From NCBI GenBank assembly GCA_964036045.1, contig OZ038379.1, positions 10,912,001 to 10,976,000 on the forward strand: 64,000 nucleotides of DNA, written 5' to 3'. A program made the translations under genes and the position numbers. Numbering within the stretch: the first letter of the stretch is position 1; each line of letters starts with the position of its first letter. Origin of the DNA: Eutreptiella sp. 'Long Island Sound 2002' (Eukaryota; Protista; Euglenida). The notes below the pieces were generated by a model. That model did no database searches, had not been told where the DNA came from, and was given only the letters and a program-made list of their open reading frames with translations. Shown one piece after another: positions 36,405 through 49,064 of the stretch.

Positions 36405-37582
36405 CCCGCACTTCTTGTTATGAACAGGAGAAGGGCACCCAAACATCCTTCACAGGAAGGTTAACTTCACAAAAATGCCGCCAAGGAAAAACAGGAAAAT
36501 TGAAGTATCTTGCGACGCCAGGACCATTGCAGAAATTCAGTTGGCAAAAAAAACAAACAACGGCAGATAAATGAACACGGTCTTCTGTTTTCTGGCGGCC
36601 TTCAAAAATTGCGAAAATAGAATTCAACAGAATTGGTATCCCGCGTATTCTCTGACACCGCTACAGTCTATCTGGATGAGACACTGGATCGGGCCGGTGT
36701 CGAATATCTTGGTCTGTTGCAGCATCAGCTGCTGCTGTGTTGAAAGGGTGTTTTACCTTGCTGTGAATGGTCCTCCACCTTATCGTCATTTCACCCAAAC
36801 TTGAAAGGGGTTGAATTACGCAGTCTGGCGTTTCTGTTGGTTGCAATCTACGCCGTGTCTACCGGCCTCCATGGCGGGGATATCCAGTTGACCGCAGGAG
36901 GTTAGGTTTGCTGCACTTGTGCCCATTGAACCGTTTCCTCTATTATACAGGAACTGGGGAGTCGTGGCTGGTCTGTGGCCCGGACGCTGACCTCCGAGGT
37001 GACGCATTTGGTGGTGTGCGAGAACGGGGCTGGCACCGCTTTGCACAATGCAGCCCACAGAAAAGCTGAGGTTGCGGTTGTTACAGAGGATTTCCTGGTC
37101 CACCTTGTGGAGACTGGGGAGGAGTTGCAGTCCACATTTGTGGCGGCCGAGGACAGTGGTATGGGGATGATTGGGTCGGGCAGGTCCGGAGGGGATGTCT
37201 GCCGCGAGGGAATTTCTCACTGGCAGGGGTTCGTTGGGTCACGGTTTCTCCCGTGTGGGCCGAGGGGTGGTGGGGCTGGACAAATGTTGGTTGCCACGGG
37301 GATTTATTTCTTTTCTTCTTTCTTTCGTTTTTCCAGGAAAGCCTCAGGTTTTGGGGTGGCATTTTTGTGGCAACCCGACAGTGGTTGGCGACGCAGTAAC
37401 CCGCACTTCTTGTTATGAACAGGAGAAGGGCACCCAAACATCCTTCACAGAAAGGTCAACTTCACAAAAATGCTGCCCAGGAAAAACAGGAAAAATGAAG
37501 TATCTTGCGACGCCAGGACCATTGCAGAAATTCAGTTGGCAAAACAAACAAACAACGGCAGATAAATGAACACGGTCTTCTG
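36405..37582. repeat. Pair of 183-bp direct repeats (36405-36587, 37400-37582) flanking the BRCT exon
   Basis: CCCGCACTTCTTGTTATGAACAGG...GAACACGGTCTTCTG occurs twice with a few mismatches. Confidence 0.92.
36951..37158 (+). CDS. Exon completing BRCT-like domain 2
   Basis: TTTCCTCTATTATACAG| acceptor, then ELGSRGWSVARTLTSEVTHLVVCENG...AVVTEDFLVHLVETG. Donor G|GTATGG, phase 0 to 1. Confidence 0.8.
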
Positions 37583-38895
37583 GATTGCATCGGGTCAGCT
37601 TCCACTTATGAGTGTTCATCGGGAGGAGTCCTGCACACTGTTGGTGACGCACAAATCTCCCTCATCAGCCGGTGCTCTGCCTCAGGGCGCATCGAACGTC
37701 CTTGGGGTGCAACGGAATCAAAAACGTGACATTTTCCGACTAGAAAAATTTTGAGTTTGTTTCCAAGCACCGTTTATTGCACCTGATTTTTTTTTTTTTA
37801 CTGTATTTGCAAATGTGCTTGAAAGAATCACAGCCATTGAAAACACCATCACCCCCTTGTTTGCCGGTCTGGTTACAACATGGGCTAGGTGGTCGTTTGA
37901 CTCCTTCCCACGATGGGGACTCCATATGGTAGTGGATGGTGGTGGTTAGGCGGTCATTTGATTCCTCCCCTCTTTGGGCACCCTGATACGGTATGGGTTG
38001 TGCAGCCATTTGACTCCTTCCCGGCTTGAGGACCCTGATGCTGCATGCTGCTTTGGGCAGGTTAATGCATGAGTTATGTAGTCATTTGATTCCTCACCGC
38101 TTGGGGACCCTGGTAAAAATCTGTGAAGGAGAATTTCTCCCCTTAACTCACACCACGTGTTCAAGGCGTGCCACCTGCCACTCCAAAGCGCCAAATGTTG
38201 GATATCTCTCAAGTGACTCCATTGCCCAGGAAAACTTGACACAACACAACCCCACGCCACAACCCCCGCTTTAAGTTAGTGGCCTGGGTGTGACATCACC
38301 GGTTCTTTGCACTGCGGGTATGGTCAAACACATGGGATTGGTGTTTGCAGTTCAAGGCATGTGTTGAAACATGCGATGCTGGTGTGTCTCCGCGCCTTGC
38401 ACGTTTGAGAAAAAAAAGCTTGCTCTGTGGCCTGCTTCTTTTTTTTTCTTGTGGGGTGGCCGTTGAACCCGCCTGTCATTTGTACTTGTGGGACCCCAAG
38501 CGCAATCAGCTGTACAAGCAAGCTCTTGTGGATGGCCCAAGCAACAAAGGCATTCCAGCACCGACCCCTTCACATTCCAATGTGGGGACAGTTGCAGTTG
38601 CGACTGTCATCGATGTGTGTGGATTTGGGCGTGTTGTCACCCAACCATATGTCACTCAGCTTTGTGAAGCATGATCGGGACATTGTGAATTGCACCCCTG
38701 GGGTGCAATCGGCGTTTGTTTGAGTCCTCTGACCGTCCATCTTGTTTCTCTCTTCCCCCGCCACATATCATGTCCCCAATTCATGTGTGACCTTTTTTCT
38801 TGGTATTTGTAGGTGCGATATCCAAATCCTACTGAGGGCCCCTTCCCCTGCATTGTTCAATCCTGCACAACGAAGTCTGTGACCCGCTTCCCCAG

Positions 38896-39034
38896 AGGAC
38901 GTGGCACAGATGCCGCAGGCCCCTGAGTTTCTTTTGGCCAAGACGCTGCAGCGGCTGGACGAGGCGGCGGCGCTGAAGGGCTGGTGGGTGTCCGAGAAGT
39001 ACGACGGGCTGCGGGCGTATTGGGATGGCGAGCG
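38896..39034 (+). CDS. Exon encoding the start of an ATP-dependent DNA ligase adenylation domain (compact LigE/kinetoplastid-ligase-k type)
   Basis: CTTCCCCAG| acceptor in phase 1 fits the BRCT exon. FLLAK...GWWVSEKYDGLRAYWDG carries motif I KxDGxR. The donor is at 39034 or 39038. Confidence 0.85.
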
Positions 39035-40360
39035 GTTGGTGTGGCCTGTGCTCCGTTTCTCCGGACCGCTACCCCCTGCCCCCAAGCCCCACCCCATTCC
39101 CCGTTGGGTCTGGGCCGCGGGCCGTGCCCGGTGTGGCGGATGGGGGCCCTTTCTGAAGGGGCCGGGCAGGCCGACTGGTGCAGCGGAGTGGCGGGGGAGG
39201 AGGGGGCCGAAGGGAGGCTTTGGGAGCGGTTGCAGGCGGTTGGAAAGCGGTTGGGAGGCAATTTCGGTCGGGTACAAAGCGGTGTCAGGGCCGTTGAAGG
39301 GGGCCAGAAGCGGTTAGCACAGCTGACCGGCACCCCAAAGAGGGGCGGGGGCAGGGATCCCTCCCCCCTCTTCAAGCGCACCCCCGTGGATGTATTAGAA
39401 CAGCTGCCAACCGTAGGTGGAGGGTCCCCCGCCCCTTGGGCCCCCTCCCCCCACCTCCTCCCCTTCTCATGCGTTGGGGGGGGATTGCACTCTTCGCTAC
39501 AGGTTCCCCCACCTATCTAATGTTTAGCAATAATCATTACTTTGCCCCTGGTGTCAGGGGAGACACAGGCTTCGGCTGCAATTTGCTTTTCATAATTTGT
39601 GCCCAGCTGCTTGTGCTGGGCCTCCGCAGTGTTCGTGTTTGTATTGCTGATCAGTGACAGACCTGGACGGAGTTTTGGGGGGGGGTGTCAAGCGCTACCA
39701 ACTAACACTTCAATGGTCAGTCACACGCCAACAAACCCTCGAGACTCCCCCCCTGCTCTCGACCCCTTCCCCGAACCTCCGTTAAACAACCAGCCACAGT
39801 CAAGGGAACAGACAACAGTCAGCCAAACACAGGGGGTCACTGACAGCACCAATTGGAAATGTTACGGTTTCGTTTTGGGCCCTCTCAGTTGGTTGTTCAA
39901 CAGGTCCTGTGTGATGCATGGGTGCCTGGGCAGGCCGGTTTCACTTCTGCCCGCAACGGGGGGAGGAGAGGACGCCCAGGCACTCAAGGAGGCCAAGAGA
40001 GCAGGTTGGGATGGACAACCGTAGGAGGCAGGGGGGCTTGGGCCAGACCCAGGGCTGCTCGGCACTCGGTACCACTGGGGGTGGGGTCCCCCCCCCCCCA
40101 CCTAGATCTACCCACCAATCCCCCCCGAAAATATTGGACCATATTTTCCTCTGGGCCTTCGGCCAATCAAAAAACTTTCTCTGGTGCCTTTGGCGCCAAT
40201 TGACTGGAGTGGGAATTGGCCAAAGTCCCTCCGTGTGTTTGGCGGTCCCTCGTTGCATATGGGAGAATTATTTCAAGGAAATTACGGATTTCAGAGCCAA
40301 AACCAAAGCTATGACCCATGTGCACCGCCACCACCTTTGCCTGCTCGCTGCTCTTTGCAG

Positions 40361-40505
40361 GAATTTACTCCTGGCCAGCCGTTGTTTATTTTCGAGAACC
40401 TCTCGCTGGGTGAGAAAGCCAAGACGCCCTTAGTTGTTGGTATCAACGGCGATGTGACCCATACGTCCTTTCCTTTTGACGAGACATTCAATACCGTCCC
40501 GGAAG
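40361..40505 (+). pseudogene. PNO: PFO/PNO exon, duplicate copy 1
   Basis: CTCTTTGCAG| EFTPG...VGINGDVTHTSFPFDETFNTVPEG |GTGTG matches the PFO EFTPG...vGI.DDVT.TSL segment. Confidence 0.78.
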
Positions 40506-41029
40506 GTGTGTTGAATGACGCAGCGCCGAGCACGCTGCTGGTAGCATTGATGCCATGAGGGCCTCAGAGCAATTACCGCCTGCTTTCCAAACAACTACGA
40601 CCAGCTTTAAAATCTTTGGGGCTTCCGCAGGATTTCCATGAACAGACGTGCTTAGGTACACCAGCTCCACCAAGTGCAAGAGTGCAGACCTATTCCGTAA
40701 AGAGGGAAATTTTAGGAGAGAGCATGGCATGCCAACAGCTCAAATAGAGGCAAATCTGGAGACGCCAAGAGCCAGAATCAGCACCTCTCCCACTCTCATT
40801 TCATAAAACATTTTTCCCACTGACCACAACAAGCAACAGAGTCAATTTATTTCTCAAACTCAAACCAGAGTGCACCAGTTTCACGCCACTTACTGTTGTT
40901 TTTTGAAATGTGATGAGCAACGTACGCATAAAGAGGGCGTTTTTTTTTTGTAGGGTTGAACACAGTGCATTGCTCGTGGTAGATTCTCTGTGAGGTGGAC
41001 TTGCCAAAGGCAGTAGAATGTTTTTAAAG

Positions 41030-41220
41030 TTCAGCCTTTTCCGAACCTCTGCACAACATCGTTTGGTACCCTGAACCTCTCTGCACAACATGCCCTCCAT
41101 CGTTTGGTGTCCCGAGTGTGTACAACATTCTTTGGTACCCCAGCCTCTGCACAACATTGTTTGGTACCCTGAACCTTCTTGCACAACATCCTTTGATACC
41201 CTGAACCTTTGTGCACAACA
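41030..41220. repeat. Degenerate ~32-35-bp tandem repeat
   Basis: GAACCTCTGCACAACATCGTTTGGTACCCT-like units. Confidence 0.8.
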
Positions 41221-41806
41221 TCGGTTGCTCTCTACACAGAGTGGTTTTCCCTTGACGGACCGTTCACTATTGGCTGTCTTGGGTCTGTTGGAGCATCCTT
41301 GAATAGCTATGATGAGACCAACGCTTAGAGCAACACCTTTCATGGATGTGCGGAGACGTGTTATGCAGACCCCTCCTGCACAGCAATTCAGTTTGGCACA
41401 GCAGGCAAACCTCGCGAAAATGATTGCATCACCAGGAGCGCATTTTACTACGATTCGAATGCGAATTGGGGTTCTTATCAACTCATCAGAAGTATGTTCA
41501 TCATTGGCTCATTTGTCACATTGCCTGTCTGAAGCATGCTCTCCTCCACCACACTGCAGCACAACAAACACCGAATTCCGAACAGGCTGCCACATAACAC
41601 CCATCCCCAAATGTTGTTCAATTTGTGTAGCTATCTTGTTAAGTCTGTTGAACTAGTTGACTCGGAGTTAGAAATGCGGTGCGTGATCGACGGTCGATGG
41701 TCATATTCGACGGAGTGTGTGCACGTAGCCCGAAAAACAGTGCAATGCGAAAACCTCGGGGTGTGCACACAGGCGGCCACCTTTGCCTGCTCGCTGCTCT
41801 TTGCAG

Positions 41807-41951
41807 GAATTTACTCCTGGCCAGCCGTTGTTTATTTTCCAGAACCTCTCGCTGGGTGAGAAAGCCAAGACGCCCTTAGTTGTTGGTATCAACGGCGATG
41901 CGACCCATACGTCCTTTCCTTTTGACGAGACATTCAATACCGTCCCGGAAG
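41807..41951 (+). pseudogene. PNO: PFO/PNO exon, copy 2
   Basis: Same 145-nt exon with intact splice sites. Its phase 1 end joins the exon at 42314. Confidence 0.8.
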
Positions 41952-42195
41952 GTGTGTTGAATGACGCTGTGGCCCAGTGCCGAGCATGCTGCTGGTAGCA
42001 TTGATGCCATGAGGGCCTCAGAGCCCGAGAGGGGGATGCAATCACAGCCTGCTTGCCAGCCAACTACCGCCCGCTTTAAAATCTGCGGGGTTTCCGCAGG
42101 ATTCCATGAACAAACGTGCTTAGGTACTGCTGGTGGAATGTTTCTGATGGGTGCGTTCATCAACAATGATTTCTTTTCGGCGTTCAGAGGCCTGA

Positions 42196-42569
<374 letters not shown>

Positions 42570-42957
42570 TGTCTCTGGCCATTTGTGCACAGAAAAGCAT
42601 TTCTGTGTTTCTCACCCAGTTTGAACCCTTTGGGTGGGAGCATGTGTTACACTTTCCATGTGCATACTGTGTAGCATATTGGATGCTGAATATATGGACG
42701 TTGAGCGCTTGCTTTTGGGCAAGCAAAGCATTTGGTTTTGGCCCATTCCTCCCCATTTCCACAATGCTATTGAAGGGGAGATGCCTTGCTTATCATTTTT
42801 GTATTGGGTGTTCCATATAGGACAGCGACACACAAGCTGAATTTGCACATGTTAGGTTTTTCTCTCAAGGTCGCTTAATGGCACATCTTGGTGTGCACAA
42901 CATGCAGTGCATTAGAAACTGGGCTTCACAGGGGACTTGGTGTAAGGTCTGACATAC

Positions 42958-43323
42958 ACCATGGATTGCTTGGAAGCTGTGGGCAAGGACACGTGATCCC
43001 CATAAGTCGCGCAGTAAGCAGGCTGAGGGGCACGTCCATGCACCAAGGATTGCTTGGAGGCTGTGGGCAAGGACACGTGATCCCCATAAGTCGCGCAGTA
43101 AGCAGGCTGAGGGGCACGTCCATGCACCAAGGATTGCTTGGAGGCTGTGGGCAAGGACACGTGATCCCCATAAGTCGCGCAGTAAGCAGGCTGAGGGGCA
43201 CGTCCATGCACCAAGGATTGCTTGGAGGCTGTGGGCAAGGACACGTGATCCCCATAAGTCGCGCAGTAAGCAGGCTGAGGGGCACGTCCATGCACCATGG
43301 ATTGTTTGGAGGCTGTGGGCAAG
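42958..43323. repeat. 84-bp tandem minisatellite, ~4.3 near-identical copies
   Basis: GGATTG units start at 42963, 43047, 43131, 43215 and 43299. No unique spacers. Confidence 0.95.
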
Positions 43324-43603
43324 GTGCCGGCTCATGCGCTCTGCCTTTGCGTGTCCCCGCTGGCACGCCCGGCAAACTCGACGCGTCTGCCAAACTAAGT
43401 ACCAGTTTTTTTTTTGCACGTTTTTGGAGCTGTACTGCCGATGGTGTCAGCAGCAGCCCCGCCAGGACCTTTTGCTTAGGCCTGGTTTGGTTTCCAGCCC
43501 TCGGGCTGATGTTGGCCTCTGCTTCCATACCTAACCTCATACCATCATGAATCTGTAGCAACCTCTCTTGTTAGCTCTTGTTAGCTCTGCCAAGCCACAC
43601 AAC

Positions 43604-43629
43604 AACCCTAACCCTAACCCTTACCCTAA
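43604..43629. repeat. Short interstitial (CCCTAA)n telomere-like tract at the edge of a dispersed repeat
   Basis: AACCCTAACCCTAACCCTTACCCTAA; a shorter example lies near 44790. Confidence 0.7.
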
Positions 43630-44654
43630 TCAAGATTGAATATTGGGACCGAGCTGGTGGGGGGGGGAACATTAGCTATGACTGGTGAGGGACATCAAGA
43701 ATGATTCACACATTGATGGCTCTTGAAAAGTGAAATCAGCTTGCAAGTGAACCCCATCACCACGAGGCCCACTTTCAAGGCCTTTTGGACTTCTGAGGGG
43801 CCAAAATGCCCCAAAATGGGCTCAAAATGGGCTCATTTCACCCGTTGGTGCACCCCAAATGGTCTAGGATGAGGTTTGGAAAACTGCGTTTTTGACCCAT
43901 TTTTGACCCATTTTTGGTCCCAAAACAGCCCATTTTCAAGGCATTTTGGGATTTTCGGAGGACCAAAATGGGCCACCACAGGCTCAAAACGGTCCAAAAA
44001 CACTTGTTTTAGCGTCGCACATGGTGTAGGATCATTTTTGAGAAAAGTCATCCTTTTGCCCCTATTGGACCCTGTTGACCCATTTGGGCACCCATGTGTT
44101 TGGGCTTGAGCTTGCAGCTTGTTGCAGCCTAGTGGGCCTAGGTATGGGGGCCTAGGCGTCCGTTTGGGCAATTCTGAGGGGCGGAAACCACAAAAAGCGG
44201 GGGGTTGCGGGTGGAGTAGGTGCCCTCGGAATTGCATTTTGAGCCATGTAGCCAAAGATATGGCCTATTCTTGGTTTGTGGCTGTCGGCATTTGGAGCTT
44301 CTGGGGGCCTTTTTGGGCCGTTTCTCAGACATATCATGGAGCTAGAGGGCCGCAAAGAGCTCGTTGACACGGGGAAGTCAAGACTCACGTGGAGTGCACC
44401 CACCGTTTCCCTTCGTTTGGCCGTTTTGAATGTGTTCCAGGGCTTTTTTGGCCCAAAAATGACTATTTTTGGCCCTAAAGTGCAGTTTTTGAAACTGAGG
44501 TCCGCCACTTGCGGATCCCGTTCCCGGCCACCACCGTTGAGTTTCTTGCTCAAACTTTGTGTGATTGTACTTCACACCCATAGGTATCATGCACCAAAAT
44601 TTCACTCAAATCCAAAGCACCACGACGGAGTTCTGATTTTTTCCCATTTCGCGC

Positions 44655-44718
44655 GTGCTGCTTGCTTGTTGCTTGCTGCTTGCTGCTTGCTTGCTGCTTG
44701 CTTGCTGCTTGCTTGCTA
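44655..44718. repeat. (TGCT/GCT)n microsatellite
   Basis: Read directly from the sequence. Confidence 0.9.
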
Positions 44719-47700
44719 AACCTGGTAGGTCCACCCTAGACACTAAAAAGGGTTATAAAACCAAGACTGGTTCCACCAGCTCGGTGACCCTTACCCTAAC
44801 CCTACTGGACACTGACCCAATCCTAACAATGGTGCCACTTTGTAGGGGGCTTGTCAGCGCTTGCTCGTGTGAAGCATTCTCCTGGCCCAACTGCCTGACA
44901 CACGCAAAGTCATATCAATGCCGCAATTTTCAGCACCAATCAAGTCAGAAGTCCCAGGCCTTTCAGCCCCCCTCCCCCCCCCCTGCCCAGACGGTGCTGC
45001 CAATTTCGGGTGTAGGCATGTAGACTTCGCTTTGGGGCTGACCAGTACATTCATCCTGATTCTGGTGTTCTGGCAAAACATTTCATGTGCCAACAGCTCC
45101 ACAATGACCCACAGTTTTGGGTCCATCTGCATCATTGATCTGTGGTCGTGTGAGGTCGGCCCACATCTGATCTGTTTGATGATCAGTATCTCCTTATTGG
45201 CTGTCTCCCGCTTCTGCATGGAACAGCACAAAGCCTGTGGTGCAGCACCATAGTGCTCTCCGTCCCGTCATGTATGAGGGGATCGATGAGCGCTCCACAT
45301 GATGGCTCCGCAGTATGCATGCATTGTCTGTGGTATTGTAGTCAACCACTGGGTTGAAAGTTCTGCAGAGGGGTCTAATTTCTTAACCCATTTGCTGGAC
45401 AGTGCAGCCTTATTCTACATGTGATGTAATAATTTTACAGAATGCCATGAGACCCAACTGTTGTGTGGGAATACGGGCAGTCTACGTGGCCTCACAGTCT
45501 GCATGCATCGTCTGTGGTGTTGGCCAACCACTGTTTTGAAAGCTCTGATTTCTCGACCCACTTACTGGACAGTGCAGTTTTTTTTCCACATACGGTGTAT
45601 CAATATCACATTTCCCTGAGTACCCATTATGCTAGCAAATTGTATTTGCCTGTGATGCATTGATTTTATTGATATTGGCTGATGCTGGTTGTTAATGGTG
45701 TTCCCGAGCGCCACTGGATATGGAGTTTGTCTTTTTGGCTTGAAACATTTTCGATCCATGATGGATGGCTCAGCGCCTGGCAGAGCTGCCAATTGTCAGC
45801 GGTAAATAGACAGGGAGTGGCGACAGGTCAGTATGCAGGGGAGACAGCACACGCCTCGCCAACACATTTGCCTATGTGCAGGGACCTGATGGCAAGATAG
45901 AGGTATCCTATGTACATAGCAGGCAAGCCAGAGTTTGTGGCTGACAAACACGGCCATCTCAAGAACATGGAGCTACATTGGAGAGCTGTGCATTGAGTAC
46001 AGCTGTGAAAGCTGCCGAACATTGCTGCATATGCATACCAGGACGTGCATGTGTGGAGTGCTCTTTGACCTGTGTGCGGCCAACACATTTAAAACACATC
46101 ACTTTTGTCATTTGATGAAGCAGTGTTGGATCAGTCTAGCACAGCACAACCCTATAGAGCATGTGTAACCTTTTATTTCTCACAAAACAGTGATTGCATG
46201 AATCAAATCAGCACATGCATCTACAACCACATGCACATTAGAAAAATTGGCTACCATGTGTTTTTTTTTGGGTTTTTTTGCAGATGGAATGCTTTTAGAT
46301 TTGTTTGATGGACAGAAAATGGTGCATGTAGAATCATTCTTTGTTAATGTTTAATATTTTGTTAATATTTAAGAAAGACACCAAAGCACCCAGGGCAGCG
46401 TATTTGACACACCACCAAAGGACAGCCGAGGACATCAATCAGAAATTTTGATGCAAGAAATGGTAAAAAACCATCATGGCCCAAGATACCCACAGTGGGT
46501 TTTTTTTGTCAAGCTGGATATTGGTTTTCACAAACGGCAAACAGTACATTATCGTGATACAACAAATGCATGTACACGTTTTCCACCTAATGGCATAGCC
46601 CACAGCGATATGGTAGGGGAATTTAGGGCATATTCCAAAAAGATGTTGACCAAAAAGAAGTTGAGGGGGATGCTTTTGGTTTGTTAGGACGGGAGGTCAA
46701 GAGTTGAAGGGAGGAGCGGGCTTTACCGGGCAAAAGGCAGTTGCAGAGGTACAAAGCAACACAGAAACAATTCAAGCATATCCACACATTTTTCTTGGAA
46801 AACCATTTCAACAACTGTCAAGGAGCTAACTCTTTTCCTACGCACACGACAATTTACATCTCTGCTTTTGCAGTGATTTGTGTTCATGCATATCTTGGTT
46901 CTCTCATTTCCGTTTTCAATGGTCAAACCGTCCATTGTTGTGCAAGGTACCGGGCCAGTGTTCGCAACATTGTCCACCACCCCAAATGCTTTCTACACCG
47001 TTCCCTGGACCCAATAACCAATGTTTTGCAATGTTACAATGCCGAACACCTCAAACAAATGCGATTGCATGTTTGGACTTTTTTTCTTCATCAAAACTGA
47101 CACAGGATAGGGGACCGTTGCATCACTAGGTGACAGAAGCAACTGCGACCGAATTCTCATTCCAAATGTTCTCGTTCGGCAACCTACTCCCGTATTATCT
47201 TCAAATATTCCTTATTTGCAACACAAATGCACACTAAAGTCTGCACACATCTACACACTTTAACGAGACTTTGTTAGCAACTATTAGAAATATCCCCATC
47301 CATCTATAGCACTTCCTTTCCCGCACCAATTTCTCTTTTCCAACAGAAACAACATTAACACATCCTCACAACCAACACCTCTACTCAGCAAGGTCCATAG
47401 TATAAAAGAAAAAAAAACATTGAAACACCAAGCCCTAAAGCCCCTTGCCAAGGCACCCACCGCATCTACCCACCAACCCCTGCCACCAAAGGACACAAGA
47501 CGCAAACTCCCAACCCTTCAAAATAGAAGCAACCTAAGCTCTACTTGTGACAGGCAAGTTTCCGCCTCAAACTAATTTTATAGGAACTTTGGGGGTTTTC
47601 TCCTTTTCTTTCTCGAAACATGATCTCTTGTTCATCTTGCACATACCCCACCAAAGTCATCCCTCCCACCCCTTCTGCCGCCACCATGTACCTAAAATTT

Positions 47701-48970
47701 TTGGACCATTTTATTTTCTGCGCTCAATAAAAATAGGAAGCCGATGGCATGACAACCCACACCATTCAAAAGATTGTTGCTATGTTGCAGGGTCTAATCC
47801 ATTGAGTTGCCATACATATGGTTGTTGTCCTTGATGAAGTTTAGCTCGCCATGACCACTTTTACACCCCTACTAAGGTTGCTTTCGTGTTGTGCACCCCA
47901 AAAAGTTACGCCCATGCATCACAAATCAAAGAAACGGCCCACAAAAATGTATACAATGTATCACCGAAAAGCACTTATGCACACCAAAAAAAATTAAGGA
48001 ACAATAGCCTGGACGGATACAGCTACAATCTAACTACCCGCATTATTTCAATAATTTTTTCCGTATTAGTCATGAACTTGAGTTGCAACAATGTCCGGAG
48101 GGCGGGGGGATGAGTTGAAGGATGAAGGGGGTGCGAATGCCGGACCGATGTTTTTCATCGAAAAGGCAGGAAGAGTGCAGATGAGCCCCGTTGAGGCTGA
48201 TCGAACCGTGCAATCATTCTTGCCGGTCCAATATTCGGCATTTGTGATGACATACATAATCTTACCTCTATGACTTTGTAAGCTTAGTTTGGAATCTTAT
48301 GACGATAGCATTTTGAACTATGCTGTCTGAATACGCTAAGTAGTGCAAGTGGCTCGGCTGTTCATTTGTCCCAAATCTAGCGTATGGCCTGTGAGGCCCG
48401 GAGCAGTTCTGAAAACCTAACTTCTTTGCCTTTGGCGCATATATTGAAAGAGATCTTAAATCCGTATCAAGCTACGTGACAATAGAGAATCAGAAAGGCG
48501 CCTTTTCCAAAGTTTCACAAAGACCCAAAATGGTCAAAGCCATAGACAAAGAGGGTAGCATGATGCATCCATGGGACAGAAATTGTTATGCTTTCAATGA
48601 TTGTTTTTGTGTTGATGTGCTTCTGCTTGTATCTTGCTGCTTGCCTGCTCCTCTTGTTTTTGCGTACTTTGGAAACCGGGGAAAAGACCCAATCCACGGT
48701 CCGAGTACGGCACAATTCAGGATCTTATACTCCAGACATGAAGGGCTGCAGTCAAAGGGAAATACATGTACAAAGTATTCACAACAATGGATCAAACTGT
48801 GACTGCCTATTAGAAAAGATAGGTAGAAAACAAACAAATCAACATAGAAAACTGCCCTCATGGGTATCCTCTCTGAGGCAGGGTCAGTGTAGCCTTTGTT
48901 TTTGGTCCGTTAGGTGCTGAGGTGGCATAGCTTGTGGCACTGAGGTCACTGCCATGTCACTTGCGATCTT

Positions 48971-49064
48971 CCTACTTAGCTAGGCTGGCTGGGAATTGAA
49001 CCTAGGACCTATCCAAAAGAGGTACCACAGCCCTCTAGGATGCACACCACTAGGATAAGTAGGC
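48971..49064 (-). ncRNA. tRNA-derived sequence (His(GTG)-like pseudogene or SINE head)
   Basis: Minus strand has an A-box-like TAGTGGT, a stem AGAGG/CCTCT around CTGTGGT, and a B-box GGTTCAATTCC. The acceptor stem does not pair. Confidence 0.38.

Noticed and set aside
42958-43323. CRISPR-like array
   Set aside because: The units are identical end to end with no unique spacers, no cas genes are present, and the context is eukaryotic.
43604-43629. True telomere
   Set aside because: Only four units, internal, and attached to a dispersed repeat.
48091-48273. Cyclic-nucleotide-binding-like fragment (GPMFFIEKAGRVQM)
   Set aside because: The match is short, the downstream FGE motif is missing, and there are no convincing splice sites.
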